Positions 1-13,565 of a stretch of 64,000 nucleotides of DNA are shown here, in pieces. The notes under the pieces are model-generated. The model made no database searches, was not told the DNA's origin, and saw nothing but the letters and a program-made list of their open reading frames with translations. Each line of letters begins with the position of its first letter. Position 1 is the first letter of the stretch. A program made the position numbers and the translations under genes. This DNA comes from Eledone cirrhosa (taxonomy: Eukaryota): the NCBI GenBank assembly GCA_964016885.1, contig OZ024741.1:89466001-89530000 (forward strand), read 5' to 3'.

Positions 1-119
1 TATTATACCAAAGAGAAAGTGTGCTGCATAATAAACATTGATATCAGGTTGATTCAATAACTACCCGGTCCCAAATATGAACCCATGAACTTATGGTCGT
101 CAGTCAAACAGTTTAACCA

Positions 120-266
120 TTGTATGTATGTATGTATACACGTATGGATGTATGTATGTGTGTATACATGTATGTATGGATGGATGTATGTATGTATGGA
201 TGTATGTATGTATGGATGTATGCATGTATGTATACATGTATATATGTAAGTATTTATGCGTGTATG
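120..266. repeat. (TATG)n/(TGGA)n microsatellite
   Basis: Directly visible; explains ORFs 120..455 and 128..346. Confidence 0.9.
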
Positions 267-425
267 AGAACAACTGGAAGGACTTCAGGAGCTCGGTCTA
301 TGAGGCTTCAGCAGAGGTCCTTGGCTTTGTCACAAGAAAACAATGACTGGTTTGATGAGAATGACCAGGAGGTCAAGGCTCTGCTAGACAGAAAACAAAA
401 GGCACTTGATGCAGTTCTGACTGCT
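267..425 (+). mobile_element. Non-LTR retrotransposon fragment (APE-RT linker)
   Basis: WKDFRSSVYEASAEVLG...DWFDENDQEVKALLDRKQKA, with a frameshift, resembles RTE-clade ORFs. Confidence 0.55.
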
Positions 426-1104
426 AATAGCGTTGTAGTGCCTTTATTTTTCTAGCTGAGTGAACTGGAGCACCGTGAAATAAAATGTCTTGCTCCGCCA
501 GGTTTATATACCGAAGACACGCCGTACATCACTATGGCGTCCCTAAGAGCATGGCATGGCAGTCCATCTAGCCGACATTACCTAAGTACCTAGTAGAATG
601 TTGTTCTCTGTCAGTGGTTCTTATGTGCTGCCCCACCCCACCCTAAGGACTGGTACAAGGAAATATTTCTATTTCTTTCTTCCGCACAATTTGTGCATCC
701 TAATGAAGACAGTATTCATACTCAGTCCATCCTATCTATTTGGAAGATAACTAAAAAGACATTGAAAGAAATAGTGGAACTAACGAACTTTGTTGGGTTT
801 TTTTCAATCGTATATGAAGAGAGAATGAATGCTGTAACAAGCATCTACATTATTACACATGGTGACAGAAAGAAATATTTCCTCGTAAGTGTTCTTGAAG
901 AGGAAAAGAGCACATTAGAACCGCTGATACAGATCAACATTATATCTATTAAAACGATAGTAATCGGCCCGTTATCACCGGGGAAACCCCCAATGTAACC
1001 ATCATTTCTTTTAAGACAGTAGAGTATGATTTACATGAGATTTGCTGTTATTTCTAGCAGACCGAGTGACCACATAGAGACTCCCTCGTTAGCTTGAATT
1101 TTGC

Positions 1105-1505
1105 TTAATGTACCGACTTGCACTTGATAGGTTTGATGCCGAGTACTGCATGGCTGGAATGAAAATGAGTGCTGTGAAAACTGAGACGCTCGTCCTCTCA
1201 GGGAAGCCTGCACAGTGTACTCTACATGTAAACGGAGTTCCACTGAAGCAGGTAGAGAAGTTCAAGTATCTCGGGGCCGTGTTCACGAGTGATGGAAGGC
1301 AGGAGGCTGAATTAAGTTCAAGAATTGTTGGGGCTGGTGCCGAAATGTTTTTTTCTTTCTGAAAAGTCTTTGGACATACGTTATTCGATAGAGTGCATAG
1401 CTCGGAGATCAGAGAGTCACTCAAGGTAGAGCCGCTACTTCTCCGAATTGAGAGATCACAGCTCCAATACTGTGGACATGTGGTTGGAATGTCACAGGAT
1501 GGCTC
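1105..1505 (+). mobile_element. RTE-clade (Expander/Rex3-like) LINE fragment, RT C-terminus
   Basis: GMKMSAVKTE...VEKFKYLG...SRI and downstream EIRESLKVEPLLLRIERSQL..GHV. Confidence 0.7.
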
Positions 1506-2195
1506 GGGTTTTATTTGTCTTTCATCTTTTCGGAGTCTATAAATAAAGTACCAACCATGTGCTGATTCAACCTTCTCTCCTTCTTGCTCTCACATCCTAG
1601 ATGTTCCGCTGGATCAAAGGGTGGGGAGGTTCGAGATGGTGTCTCTATCTGCTCATGACTGCATAGGGACTTAAAACCTTTAGTGAAAGCATGGTACATA
1701 CTACCAAGTCGCGCTCGATTGCAAATGACGGTCGTAGTCAGGAGAGAAAGGCAGTACACATGAGCCTTTACAAGGACTCCAACGCTGGTGGGAAGAAAAG
1801 AGGAATGTATTCTTACATTAAGGAACCTAGCCCGAATATTTTCAACTAAGTGGACTTCGCTAAAAATACCTCGGGTCCAGGTGGAAATGATGGTGATGAT
1901 CGTGTTAAGCCTAGCGACGGATTAAGTCTACCACCCATGTAGGTCACAGCGTTATCTGAGCTTAGAACACAAAGAGGCAGAACAAATTTCACAAGGCCGA
2001 TGCTCTAACGATTCTGTCAATCCAACATACTAGACTATTTTATTCATCAACCCCAGAAGGATGAAGTGCAAAGTTGATCGCGTCGGGATTTGAACTCAGA
2101 ACTTAAAGAGCCGTAACAAATATCATAAGAATTAGGAATAGGGAGAGAGAAAATGGTGGTTGTCACTTGCGTTATGGACAAAAGGTCAAGCGACA

Positions 2196-2305
2196 TCTCT
2201 CTCTCCCTCCCTCTCTCTCTAAGAGTTTCACTATACTAACCAAAGATCCGAGTTAATTCAACACCCGGAACTTCTATTTACTTAACACCGTCTTTACAAA
2301 GCTGC
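2196..2305 (+). promoter_or_regulatory. Putative UROD promoter/5'UTR
   Basis: (CT)n tract at 2196-2220 and an ETS-like CCGGAA at 2265-2270 just upstream of the proposed start exon; positional inference only. Confidence 0.3.
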
Positions 2306-2320
2306 ATGCAAGCAGCCAGC

Positions 2321-2341
2321 ATGTCTTCGTACGCTTCTCAT
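2321..2341 (+). CDS. UROD: UROD exon 1 coding part (MSSYASH); in-frame upstream ATG at 2306 would add MQAAS
   Basis: AGC-ATG TCT TCG TAC GCT TCT CAT followed by a perfect GTAAGT donor (2342). The phase 0 junction joins in frame to exon 2 (NFPELKND) and gives a 366-aa protein, close to human UROD (367 aa). The exon is short, so it is inferred from donor and frame, not homology. Confidence 0.7.
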
Positions 2342-3184
2342 GTAAGTTGGAAACTATTTTTCTGTTAATTATTATTGTTTGTTCATTATATATATATAAT
2401 GAACAAATATATATATATATATGTGTGTGTTTATGGGAATACTTTTGCCGATTGTTTTCTTTTCTAACGTGAGTGGATTCCATTAGGGAGCCAATACGTG
2501 TTCACTAGACCTGCTAGTAATGGTCGCCAAGTCTCCCTCAAACGACACTCTACCGCCTTAGGAAAGTAATGGAGGGGTTGGACAGTGTACTCCTACATAC
2601 CTGTGAAAAGACGAGATGATCATGGCTGGAATATTTTTCGATCGTGACACTACTCTCGTTTCCATTTCCCCATGTCTGTTAACTGACAGAGAATGTTTGG
2701 TGAGACATTTACCAAATAGTGTGGGCTGCTATTCTTTTATCCTTTTACTGACTTCAGATATTAGAGTGCGGTTTTGTTAGGGCACTGGCTTGATTTAGTC
2801 GATCATGTCGATCCATTTTTGTCAAACTGCTAAGTTACAGGACTCTGACAGAGACACAAACATAAACAAACACATATACGACGGGCTCCTGCAGTTTCCG
2901 TTTATCAAATTCTACTCTCAAGGTATTGGTTAACCCGAGGATATATTAGAAGACATTTACTTATCGGGACTGATCGCAGAACCACAAGGCTACGAAACGA
3001 ACTCCTTAACCAAACAGTCATGCCTATATATATATTGGTCATATAGGTAGTGGAAAAAAGCAAATATGTCGATAGTCAACATTGCATTTATTAATAATAT
3101 ATATACTTTTAGTATTGACGGTCGTGAGAATGAGTACTCAATACTATAGTAGAGAGTGATAATATTTATTAAGGTCAAGTTTGA

Positions 3185-3237
3185 GTCGTGTTACTCCAGA
3201 GTTTTAACTGTGTATTCACAGGGTCTTCAGACGAGAC
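3185..3237 (-). ncRNA. Degenerate minimal hammerhead ribozyme (PLE terminal repeat remnant)
   Basis: Minus strand GTCTCGT-CTGAAGA-cc CTGTG aata CACAG tt-AAAA (GAAA mutated)-CTCTGGAG-TA-ACACGAC, then AATAAA. Confidence 0.5.
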
Positions 3238-3611
3238 TTAGTTTATTACTTCGATAAGTCCTAATTAAGCATATCTAATTTGACTTTCCCTTCTGTTTAA
3301 ACGGTAAAATGTAATTTGAATAATATCTGGTTATCATTTGGAGCATGTCGAACGACATCGTAGAGGCTTATATAATATAATATAGAATGTTATATAAGGT
3401 ACCGCATGTGTTTACTACAAGTAGCATATTAGTTTGTGCCTGGAAGGTCATAAACCGGTTTCTTACATTCCCACATGTGGTAGTTCGACCTGCTAGAAAT
3501 AGCATCCAAACACCCAGGACACATTAAATAATATAGTTTTAGATACCCCTAAAAAACTGGTTAGTCATGGCTGGAATGACTTTTGTTGTTTTTCTGTTAT
3601 TATTGTAATTG

Positions 3612-4020
3612 AGGGTGGTGGATTAACTCAATCGTTAGAACGTCAAACAAAATGCTTTTTAGCATTTAGTCACATTCTGAGTTCAAATCCCTCTGAGTCA
3701 ACTTTACTTTTCTTCCCTCTTGGATTGATATGATATTGTACCAGTCAAGTACAGTGGTCAACATAATCGACTTTCTCCTCTCAACAAATTGCTGGCCTTG
3801 TACCTAAAGTAGAAATCATGATCATCATTATTATTATAGGATGGTGGATTGGCAGAATAGTTAGTTATGGCTTTTTACGTTCTGAGTTCAGATCCCACAA
3901 AGTCAGCTTTGTTTTTCATCCTTCTAGGGCCGATAAAAAAAGTACCAGTTAAATATTCGAATCGATTTAACCGATGTTCCTCTCTCCATAAATTGTTGGC
4001 CTTGTGCCTAAATTAGAAGT
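3612..4020 (+). mobile_element. Two tandem copies of a second tRNA-derived SINE family
   Basis: GGTGGATT..., TTCTGAGTTCAAATCCC B-box, ...GCTGGCCTTGT.CCTAAA.TAGAA. Related copies at ~6190-6400 (-), 39270-39650 and 61430-61590. Confidence 0.6.
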
Positions 4021-5002
4021 CTAAATGAAAGGCAGATTGTATGAAGCTTGTGTATGAACAACAACGTTGCATGGAAGTGAGACCTGGGCAATATGTGCAG
4101 AGGACCTACAAAAATTGGAAAGAAATGAAGCCCGCATGCTCTCATGGATATGTAATAGTAGTGTGCATGAATGACAAAGCATCAATGAACTGAGAGAGAA
4201 ACTAGGCATAAGAGGGGTTAGATGCAGTGTACAGGAGAGGAGATTACAGTGGTTTGGACATGTGATGCATATGGAAGTCAATGGTAGCTATAGAAGAAGA
4301 CCTAGGAAAACTTGGGATGAAGTGATAAAAGCTGACTTTGTCCAATTAAACCTCACAAAGAAGATGACTCAGGATCGGGACCTCTGGTGTCATACTATTC
4401 TGCAGAAAATCCCCACACCCTTGTGCACAAAATGAAAGGAAAGAAACTTGCAGAGGACACACTAGCCTGTAGCAATCCTCTCCTATTTTAATACCCCACT
4501 CACACCTGCTAAATATCCCACACACCTAATCGATGTCAAACTCATTAACTGGCCTCCTAATACATCTGACTTGCCTAACCTATGAAAATTGGACACAACA
4601 TCCGACTGCCCACTATACCGTGCCGGTACAAAAAGCACAAGGTCTACCCTGTATGTTGATCGAGTGTCATAACAACAAAAGCACCCAGTCCATCCTGTAA
4701 AGTGATTGTGATGGGGACATTAGAAAAAGTACCCAGTCAACACCATGAGGTGGTCATGTCGGTGACATAACAAAAAGCACACAGTTCACCCTGTAAGGTG
4801 GTCTTTGGGTGTCACAATAAAAAGCACCCAGTCCACACAATAATGTGGTTGGTGTTAGGAAGGGCATTCAACCATAGAAACCAAGCCAAAATACAGATCC
4901 GTATAAGCAAGACCTAGTCTCCGGACCTGACTTGTCTCATAATGTGACAACTCATCTAACCCATGCAAGTGTGGAAAATTGACGTTAAACGATGATGATG
5001 AT
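4021..5002 (+). mobile_element. 5'-truncated RTE LINE (C-terminus + 3'UTR + (GAT)n tail)
   Basis: MKGRLYEACV...GSETWA...LERNEARML..., homologous to the element at 55270-58900; ends CCCATGCAAG...GACGTTAAACGATGATGATG. Confidence 0.85.
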
Positions 5003-6761
5003 TATTATTATCATTTTCCTTTTTACCCATCTTATAGATATTGAGTTGCATATCAGATTAAATGTTAAAATCGTATAAGCGCAGAGGAATAGTAACCGTT
5101 GCACTCTTACAAAGTCCACCTTGTCTATCTGCACAGGGGTCAACAACAAAATCTAGGGATGGAACCTCTACATAATCACCTAACATGCTAGAAATAACAG
5201 CCAAATCTTGAAATTACATCCTACAAATATAAAAAAGACAGTACACATTTGATAATGTAGTCCTAGTTACCCACAAAATGTTGCAAACATGAGTAGAATG
5301 GCTTTGGTTACAGGTCTACTGAGTCAAGATTGACCTTGGTCTAACCCTTTAGCATTTACATAATTATATATTTCTATATTTAGTAAATAATTCTATATTT
5401 ACTATTGTATTTTCACAGTAAAGGATTTACCTCACATAATATCAAATCTATGGGATTTTGATATTATTTATTTTGAGAAAAATATCTTAATACCAGTATG
5501 GGTGGCTGGTTACAGCTGGTTTGAACAGAAAAAGGTGACAGAATTCTGGTCAGATATGGCCGGTTTAAATGCTAAAGGGTTAAACAACAATTAGTATAGA
5601 GAAATAGACTGAACAGTGAGGAGGCAGTTTATTATATCCATACTACCTTGTTGCACCTCATACAATTCCTCATTATGGAGCATGACTTATTTAACCCTTT
5701 TGTTGTTATATTTCCAGATAAAACCTATTGTTTGTTTCAAAACTACTATAGTCACAAATCTGATATGAAGTTATTTAAGTTTTGTTTTAATATCACAATA
5801 TAAATTGTGTGTATATGGTTTAGAATAGGTATACTATATCCTTGTGTGTTTTAAGAAGTAACTAAAAGGGTTGGTATCAGGAATGGTATCCAGCTGTAAA
5901 ACATTGCCTCAAAAAGTCCTGTTCAATCTATGCCAGCATGGAAGAGTTAAAACAATGATGAAGATGATTGTTGTGTATATCTGGCTTAGAATAGATACAC
6001 TGTATCTCTGTGTTGTAAGAAGCAACTAAAAAGGTTGGTGTGAGGAAGGGCATCTGACTGTAAAGCATTGCATGAAAAAGTCCTGTCCAGCTCATGCCAT
6101 CATGGAAAATTTGACTTAAAAAACAATGATGAATATGCAGTGTGGTTCTCAACTAGATGAAGACATGGTGCAACTGGGAAGATGGATCATTATTATAGGC
6201 CAGCAATTTTGGTGGGGAGGGGAAATCGATTAAATCTACCCCAGTGCATTACTGGTGCGTTGTTTTATCGACCCAATGAGGATGAAAGGCTAAGCTAACC
6301 TTGGTGGGATTTGAACTCAGAACGCAAAGGACCATAACTCTATGCTGTAAAGTATATTGTCTGATGCTCTACCGATATTACCAATTCACCACCCTTAATA
6401 ATAATAATAATAATAATAATAATGCTTCCTAGGTTTCTTTAAACATTTATTAGTTAAAATAACTCTGGCTAATTAATTTAACTTGATAATATACAGATGA
6501 AAAAATATTATTTCTTATTTTGCCTTAATTACTTTCAGTACAATTGATTACAATGGAGCTGAGAAATTAATTAAAATAAGTTAATTGTAAAAAAAATCTT
6601 AATTTCATGCAGATATGTGCCAAATATTTCTCTACTCAAATATATTGACCTAGATATACCACAAAGATTTATGTCTGTAAACTCATTGGATTATGAGACA
6701 CCTCCACACACATACAAATGACAACTGTAAAACAATAGAAAAGCTCCATCATTTGAGTATG

Positions 6762-7119
6762 TACTCTCAGGTCTTGAATAATCGTCACCCTTTCTCACCC
6801 ATTTATTAATTTTTCAGATTTTGCCACACCCCTGCTTTTATTCCACTCCACCAACCCTCACTTATTAAATTTTGCTAATCTATCTCCAGCAAAATTTTAT
6901 TGTAAGTGATTCATATTGAGACTGCAGCTGGAGAATCTAATAATAATTTTATTTTACATTAAAAAAACCCCATTATATATGACAAAAAAAGAACATTACA
7001 AAAAATCTCATATTTACGAACATACACTATACAATTACCAATTTCCCCACACCCCCCACCTCGCTTGTAAATATTTGAACAAATGTCCAACCACCCCTAT
7101 TATTTTGGACCCAAGAGTA
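6762..7119. mobile_element. MITE / non-autonomous DNA transposon
   Basis: Imperfect terminal inverted repeats TACTCTCAGGTCTTGAATAAT / ATTATTTTGGACCCAAGAGTA (16/21) with TA ends. Confidence 0.45.
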
Positions 7120-7129
7120 TACATATATA

Positions 7130-8029
7130 TCTATATATATATAAAACTGAAGATGTCTGTGTGTGAGTTTGAATCCCTAAAACTCGAGAACCACCCAACC
7201 GACTGTTTTCAAACTTTACACATGTAATACTTATGTTTCAGGGAGTGTTCTGAGCCAAAAAAAATTTCAAATTTTCAATGCCCTAGGGACCGCATTAGGC
7301 GATTTAGCGATCTCTCTCTATAATTCTTAGTCTTTCTCTTTTTAGATAGATACATACATATAACGTCGTGCCCTTATCTGTCTGTATGCCTGACTGTCTG
7401 CATTACGTCACTTCCCTGAGGATCTCTGTCTGTGTGTGTGTGTGAGTTTGAATCCCTAAAACTCGAGAAGTACCCAACCGACTTTTTCCAAACTTTACAT
7501 GTGTATTACTTATGTTTTATGCACATAAAAAAATTCAACTTTTCGATCCCCTAGTTTCGATCCATTAGTTTAAAAACTGCGTTTTTTTCAGCTTTTTAGG
7601 GGTTTTTTGAGTCGTTAAGTCAGACTTATTTCCTTGAAATTGTAACTATGTATTAGTCAGTCTCTTCTTCATACCATGAGCAAAGAAAATCCAACTTTTC
7701 TAGGGCCCACATTAGGTGAAAAACTTCATTTTTTCAGCTTTTTAGGGCCTTTTTGAGGCATTACGTCTAGCCGATTTTCCTGAAATTTCAAGGCATATTA
7801 TGCACATAAAAAAAAATTCATTTTCTTGATCCCCTAGGGCTCGCATTAGGTGAAAGCCTGCATTTTTCCTGCTTCATCGAGGAAAATCTTAAAGATTATC
7901 CAGCCATCAGAGTATTCAGTTTATTTTCTTTACATATTGTCCACGCATGCAGTTTTTCCACAATTAGGTCTGTTGGCGGCCCGCGTTCCAAAATAACTTA
8001 TCCCGTGCAACGCCGGGTATCACTGCTAG
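7130..8029 (+). mobile_element. Non-autonomous Helitron (900 bp)
   Basis: 5' TCTATATATATATAAAACTG, 3' hairpin CCCG-TGCAACGC-CGGG then CTGCTAG; inserted between A and T without TSD; internal direct repeats. Confidence 0.85.
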
Positions 8030-8399
8030 TATATATATAAATGGAAGTTTAGTAAAATCGAAGCTTCGGCTGTAGCCAAGCCAACGAGATACAATGAGGA
8101 ATTGTGCAGCCAAGCACTCAATGAGGAGTCTCAGAGTAATAACATTCGTTAGACGGTATGACAAATTGAAAACTGTGGCAGGTAAGCCCAGCCATGACTC
8201 CGAAGCAACGAGAAAACCAACAGGTTAAAAGCAAACCTGGACCGTCTCGGAGGCAGATCTTCGTTTCTCCGATAGGTTTCTATATATATATTGGTATATA
8301 ATAGTGTATATATGTAATGGGTAAAAATAATTATTTGGTTGTTGTTGACCAAATGTGTTCACAGGAGGGGGGGGGGGCGTGGTGATAGGTCAGGTCACA

Positions 8400-8820
8400 T
8401 TGTATGCCAGTGGCCGGGTCTTCACCAGCATGACATAGTGCCAACCATCGGGATTTTTCTGCATCTTTTTATGCAGCTGCCACCTTCCATATGCATCCCA
8501 TGTCCATACCAACACAGTCTTCTTCCTTGCGCACTCCATCTAATTTCAGTTCGCTTATGCTACATTGTTCATGCACATTAATATTACACATCTATGGGAG
8601 CATTTCTTTTTAGCCTTCACAGGTCTTCTGTGGTCAAGGTCCATGTTTCACTGCCAATGTAGCATTGCAGTTTGCACTCAGGCATCATACAGTTTACCCT
8701 TCATGATGAGAGAGAAGCCCTTTGTTGTGAGCAGAGGTACCAGCACCCTAAACTTTTTTCAGCCTGTTCTTTTCCTTGTTATCACATTTTCAAAGCAACC
8801 TCTCATACTGCTAACAAAAG
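8400..8820 (-). mobile_element. Degraded RTE LINE C-terminal fragment
   Basis: TGTCCATACCAACACAGTCTTC etc. is homologous to the RTE 3' ORF; similar fragments at ~10110-10420 (-), 14260-15070 (-) and 60390-60842 (+). Confidence 0.7.
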
Positions 8821-9065
8821 CTATCAACAACTTCTAAGAATTCTCCTTGGAAGCTGAGGTTATTTATTTCACATGTGTTCTTAGTGCTTACTTCTCCTGT
8901 GTGTCTGCTGCATACAAAGTCCATCTTTTACATTAGCATGCCTATAATCCCACTACATCTCTTATGCATCTATAGATGTCACTAATAGCTATGTGTTTAT
9001 GTTGAAGTTGCCTTCAATTTGTTAGCATGGAAAATGTTAATTTTTCCTTTCTTTTTACTACTCAG

Positions 9066-9171
9066 AATTTTCCAGAACTTAAGAACGATGTTATATTACG
9101 AGCAGCTTGGGGTGAGAAGACTGAATATGTTCCTGTATGGGCCATGAGACAAGCTGGAAGATATCTGCCAG
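9066..9171 (+). CDS. UROD: UROD exon 2 ([36 protein letters not shown])
   Basis: Pyrimidine tract + CAG acceptor, GTAAT donor. Contains the [14 protein letters not shown] signature with the substrate-binding arginines. Confidence 0.97.
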
Positions 9172-10898
9172 GTAATATTGTAATATACAAGTATTGGTAG
9201 AATATCAGTGCATTGTAGCCTTTTGTTGCATCCCTTTACATTCTGAATTAAAATTCTGCCCAAATCAGCTTTGCCTTTCATCCATTGGGTCTGATAAAAT
9301 AGTACCAGTCATTGACTAGGTTTGAGCTAGTTGACTATTTCCTTCCTGTAGAATTTGTGATTTTGTGTCTATATTGGAAATAATTATTTCAGTGTGTATG
9401 AATATGTAGGTGTGTATGTATATGTGTAGATGCAGCATGGCTGTATGAATAAGAAATTTGCTTTGTTATCAAGGTTTTAGGTTCAATTCCACTTCATAGC
9501 ATCTTCGACAAGTGTCATTTACTATAGCCTCTTAGGTTGATCCATGCCTTATGAGTGAAATTGGATACTCAGAAACTGCTCAAAAGACTGTTGAGTGGAC
9601 TGTATCTGTAATTTAAAGTGGCAGCTCTGTCACATACTATAACATGTTGAATCTCCCTCAGAATTACGTTAAAGGTACATATGTTTTTGTGTAATGCTCT
9701 GCCACTCACTCATTAATTTCATGCGCAGACTGTGCTTTTGATCAATCAATTGCAACATTCATTGTCAAAACCAATGGAGGTCCATTCCATGTCTATTTGT
9801 ATGTGTGTGTGTGGATTTAGACACGGTGGAGTGATTAAGAAGTTCAATTCATAGTCATGAGATACCACGTTCAATCTAACTGTCTTTTACCATAGCCTTG
9901 GGTGGACTCAAGTCTTATGAGTGAAAATTATGTAGATAGAAATAGTCTGGAATCAAACCTGATCGGCTGTACATGCGTTGCAATTCAATGCTAGCCTTGT
10001 CACACACTATGCCATATTGTTTCTTCCTGAGAATTATATTAAGTGTACACAGGCTTGCGTAATACACTAATTCAATGAGTAGGCAGTTCAGTTGATTGAA
10101 CAACTGGAATCATCATCATCGTTTTTACGTCCACTTTTCCATGCTTGCAGGAGTTAGATGAGTCCTTCTCAGAACGGCATCTCTCCACTTGTCGCGTTCT
10201 TTCGTCATCTTCTCTGCCAGTCATAACAATTTGAGGTCAGCTCTCACAACCTCTGCCCAGGTCTTTCTTGGTCTACCTCAACTGTGACTTCCTTCCACTG
10301 GGATTTCCTGGCATTTCTTCACCCATTGGTCATTATCCATGTGCATTTCGTGTCCATACCAACGCAGTCTTCTCTCCTGCACACCACCTCGGATTCCTCT
10401 TAAACCTAGTTTCTCTGTCAGCTCTGCTTATTGATAAAACTTTTGGAGATTCTGCAACTCTCCAAAATGCACCCAAGCTGGTGGACGAATTAAGTCTACC
10501 ACCCAAGTACGCCACAGCTAGATTTGAATCCAAAATGGCAGGAACAAATGCAGCAATCTGTCGATGCTTTACGAATTCTGTTAGTTCACTGCTCTGGACT
10601 AGTAGGTTATTTTTTTCAAACCTGAAATGATGAAAGGCAAGGTTAATCCCTAGTCATATTTCATTCCTGTAACCTTCCTCATTTCTGTACAACGCCCATA
10701 ACCTCTGTGGATCCCATTGAAGCCTTCGTAGTGTTGCCTGACATACCCATAAAAGTCACCTGCAATGATTATGAAGTGACAGTCACTTATTTGGGAAGTA
10801 GTGTGCATTAGGGACTCATAGAACCTGTCTTTTAGTCATCTGTCTAGGTATGAAAATTCATCATTATGTATATGGTAGTATTACTTTATTTTCTACAG

Positions 10899-10978
10899 AA
10901 TTTAAAGAAGTGAGAGCAAAACATTCATTTTTCGAAGTGTGCCAGACTCCTTCTCTGGCATGTGAAGTCACTCTCCAG
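10899..10978 (+). CDS. UROD: UROD exon 3 (FKEVRAKHSFFEVCQTPSLACEVTLQ)
   Basis: ttctacAG acceptor, GTGAG donor, 80 nt, phase-compatible with exons 2 and 4. Confidence 0.95.
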
Positions 10979-13565
10979 GTGAGACATTATACTTAACATT
11001 TATTTACAGATTTCTTTTTTGTTGTTTTATGATTATCTTTATCATTGCTGTCTCATATTCATCATCATCATCATTTTATATTCAATTTCTATGTTGGCAT
11101 GGGTTGGACAGGTTATCATGGTATGAGATTAGATATGTTGGTAAGACCTTATCTTGTTCATACAGTCCATAATTGGCATGGTTTCTATGACTAGATGCCC
11201 TGCCTAATGCCAATCACTTTACAAAATGTCTCTAAAGTCTAAAGTCTGTCTCAAGTTCGGAGGCTCACTAAGTCACTGCTTATCCTGGTTTCATTGGCAT
11301 TAAGTGACAGTTCAAAACTCCTTTCTGGGTGGGATGCTAGTTCATCACAGGGTAAAACCTCCAGCTACTGTTGGTACTTATTTTCAGGTGAGTACACTGA
11401 AGCTGTGGGAAATTAAGTGTTTTGTTCAAGAATGTAACGCACAACTCAGTTTAGGAATCATATGCACAACATTATGATTGTAAGTCCAACACCTCTATGC
11501 CACATGCCTTTTTAAAGAATCTAATGGATGTATTTTAATGTGGCACCTGCACTACCATTTTACACAGTGTACTCGGTGCATTTTATTATAGCACTATTAC
11601 TAGAGAAGTTATGTCCTCAGCCAGACAGAAGACTCCATTCTATCCTATATTATCGTCAATCACTTTACTAAATATACTGTAATGGTATACTTTATCATGA
11701 CTCCAACATTAGAGAGGTTATCAGGTATTGGACTGTTCTAGAAAGTCCTCTCTACTCTTTGATGTTTCTGCTTGTTCATTCACCACTTTACAAAGAGAAG
11801 AGTACTAAGAGCATTCCCTTGTAACACCAGGTTAAAGAGACTTCTCTACTTCATGCAATCTTTGGTCTCTTGCCACATCTACTTTTAGCATGCATGCATG
11901 TCTAGTTTCTTTTTAGCTACCACAAATCTGCACGCAAAGCCCATATCATGTGTAACAGTTTGAACACCAGCATTATATTATTTGGCTTTCAATCAGAGAG
12001 AACTTTTTCAATCTGTTCTCATTCTAGCTACAACACTTTCAGTACATCCTCCACCACTGTTATGGAGGTCACCTATATAGTGAAGATTTTTTTACTATTT
12101 CACCATTACCTTTACTGTTGATTACTCCCTTAGTTATTTTTCAGACTCTTAACTCCACCTTTATAGACAAAAGACTTCTTAATATTTACATCTATATTCG
12201 ACTGGTTTTATCTCTGATCATCATCAGATGTTTGATTCCTGGATATATGTACAATCCTGGATTATAATAGAACTATGAACCTTTACTTCTAAATTAAGTA
12301 TCATCATCATCCTATAGACTCAATGGTAGATCTCCATGTAGGTCTGTCGTTCATTGCAGTGCCTAGATCTCGAACATAAATTCCAGAGTCTCTGGTTATG
12401 ACAAAGCACTAAAGGAGACACAGCTTTATTTGAAGTGTGATGGCAATGGCCTGCAAATCTCATCTTCCTGTTTTGCACAATATCAGAAATGTAAGTACCT
12501 TGGTTCTTGGACTATGGACTTTGGAAAAGATTTCAACACCAAAAAAGCTCAAATGGAGTCAACATGCCAGAATCTGACATTCCAACCTACTAAATTCCTC
12601 CAATGTATGACTCTTCCTAGTTATGCTACAACCAATCCTACTTTATTGTAGTGAAATTTGGACACTTAATATTAAACATCAAAAGCACCACAATGGAACA
12701 TATACATCCTTGCTTTGTTGGGCTCAAAATATTATCTAGGAGCAACATAAGAAATATACAATGGTCTCCCTTGTATTTCTGATAAACTAAATGTAATAGT
12801 GCTCTTATCCAATAGCCACTGTTTTCCTGTTCAAATCCACTCCAGTACTAAATACAGAATTGATGCAGAATAGCTGGATGGTTAAAAAAGTTGCTTTGCA
12901 CTCACCAGATTCCTTGTTTGATTGCACTGCATGACATGTTGGACAAGTGGCTTTAGTCATAGCCTTGGGTCAACACAAGCCTTGTGAGTGAATTTAAGTA
13001 GATGTAAAACTTTGCAGAAGCTCTTTAGATCGATTGTACCTGTAAGGCAGTATCATGCTGATTCTACCTGAATGTTACGTTAACAGTCTCTGTGGAATTC
13101 TCAGCCACTTACACACTAATTCTATGGATCTATTTACTTTAAAAAAAGTTAAAGACTTTCCCAAGCCTGGAGGTTCATCAGACCAATGTTTATTCTGGTT
13201 TCATTCACGTTAAGTTACTTTGAATATAAGACCCCTCAATGGTACTCATTTCCAGCTAAGTGAACTAGAGCAATGTGAAATGAAGTGTATTGCTTGAGAA
13301 TATGCACTTCAAGAATGAGACCCACTACATTATGACTGTAAGTCCAACATCCTAACCTCTAAGCCACTTCACTATAAGCATATCTAAGAATAAGACACTA
13401 GATGGAAATCAAATATTGAAAGGATTATAATGTTATGTAGATCATCATCATCATCATCATTATTTAACATCCATTTTCCATTCTAGCATGGGTTAAATGG
13501 TGTAAATATTAAATTGAAAAAAATATATTTCTACATATTTCTATGTTTTCTTATTTTGTGTTCAG

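Noticed and set aside
693-998. 101-aa ORF upstream of UROD
   Set aside because: No recognisable domain or splice context; not supportable as a gene.
12185-12240. Minus-strand CTGATGA...GAAT possible hammerhead
   Set aside because: No GAAA and no supportable helices.
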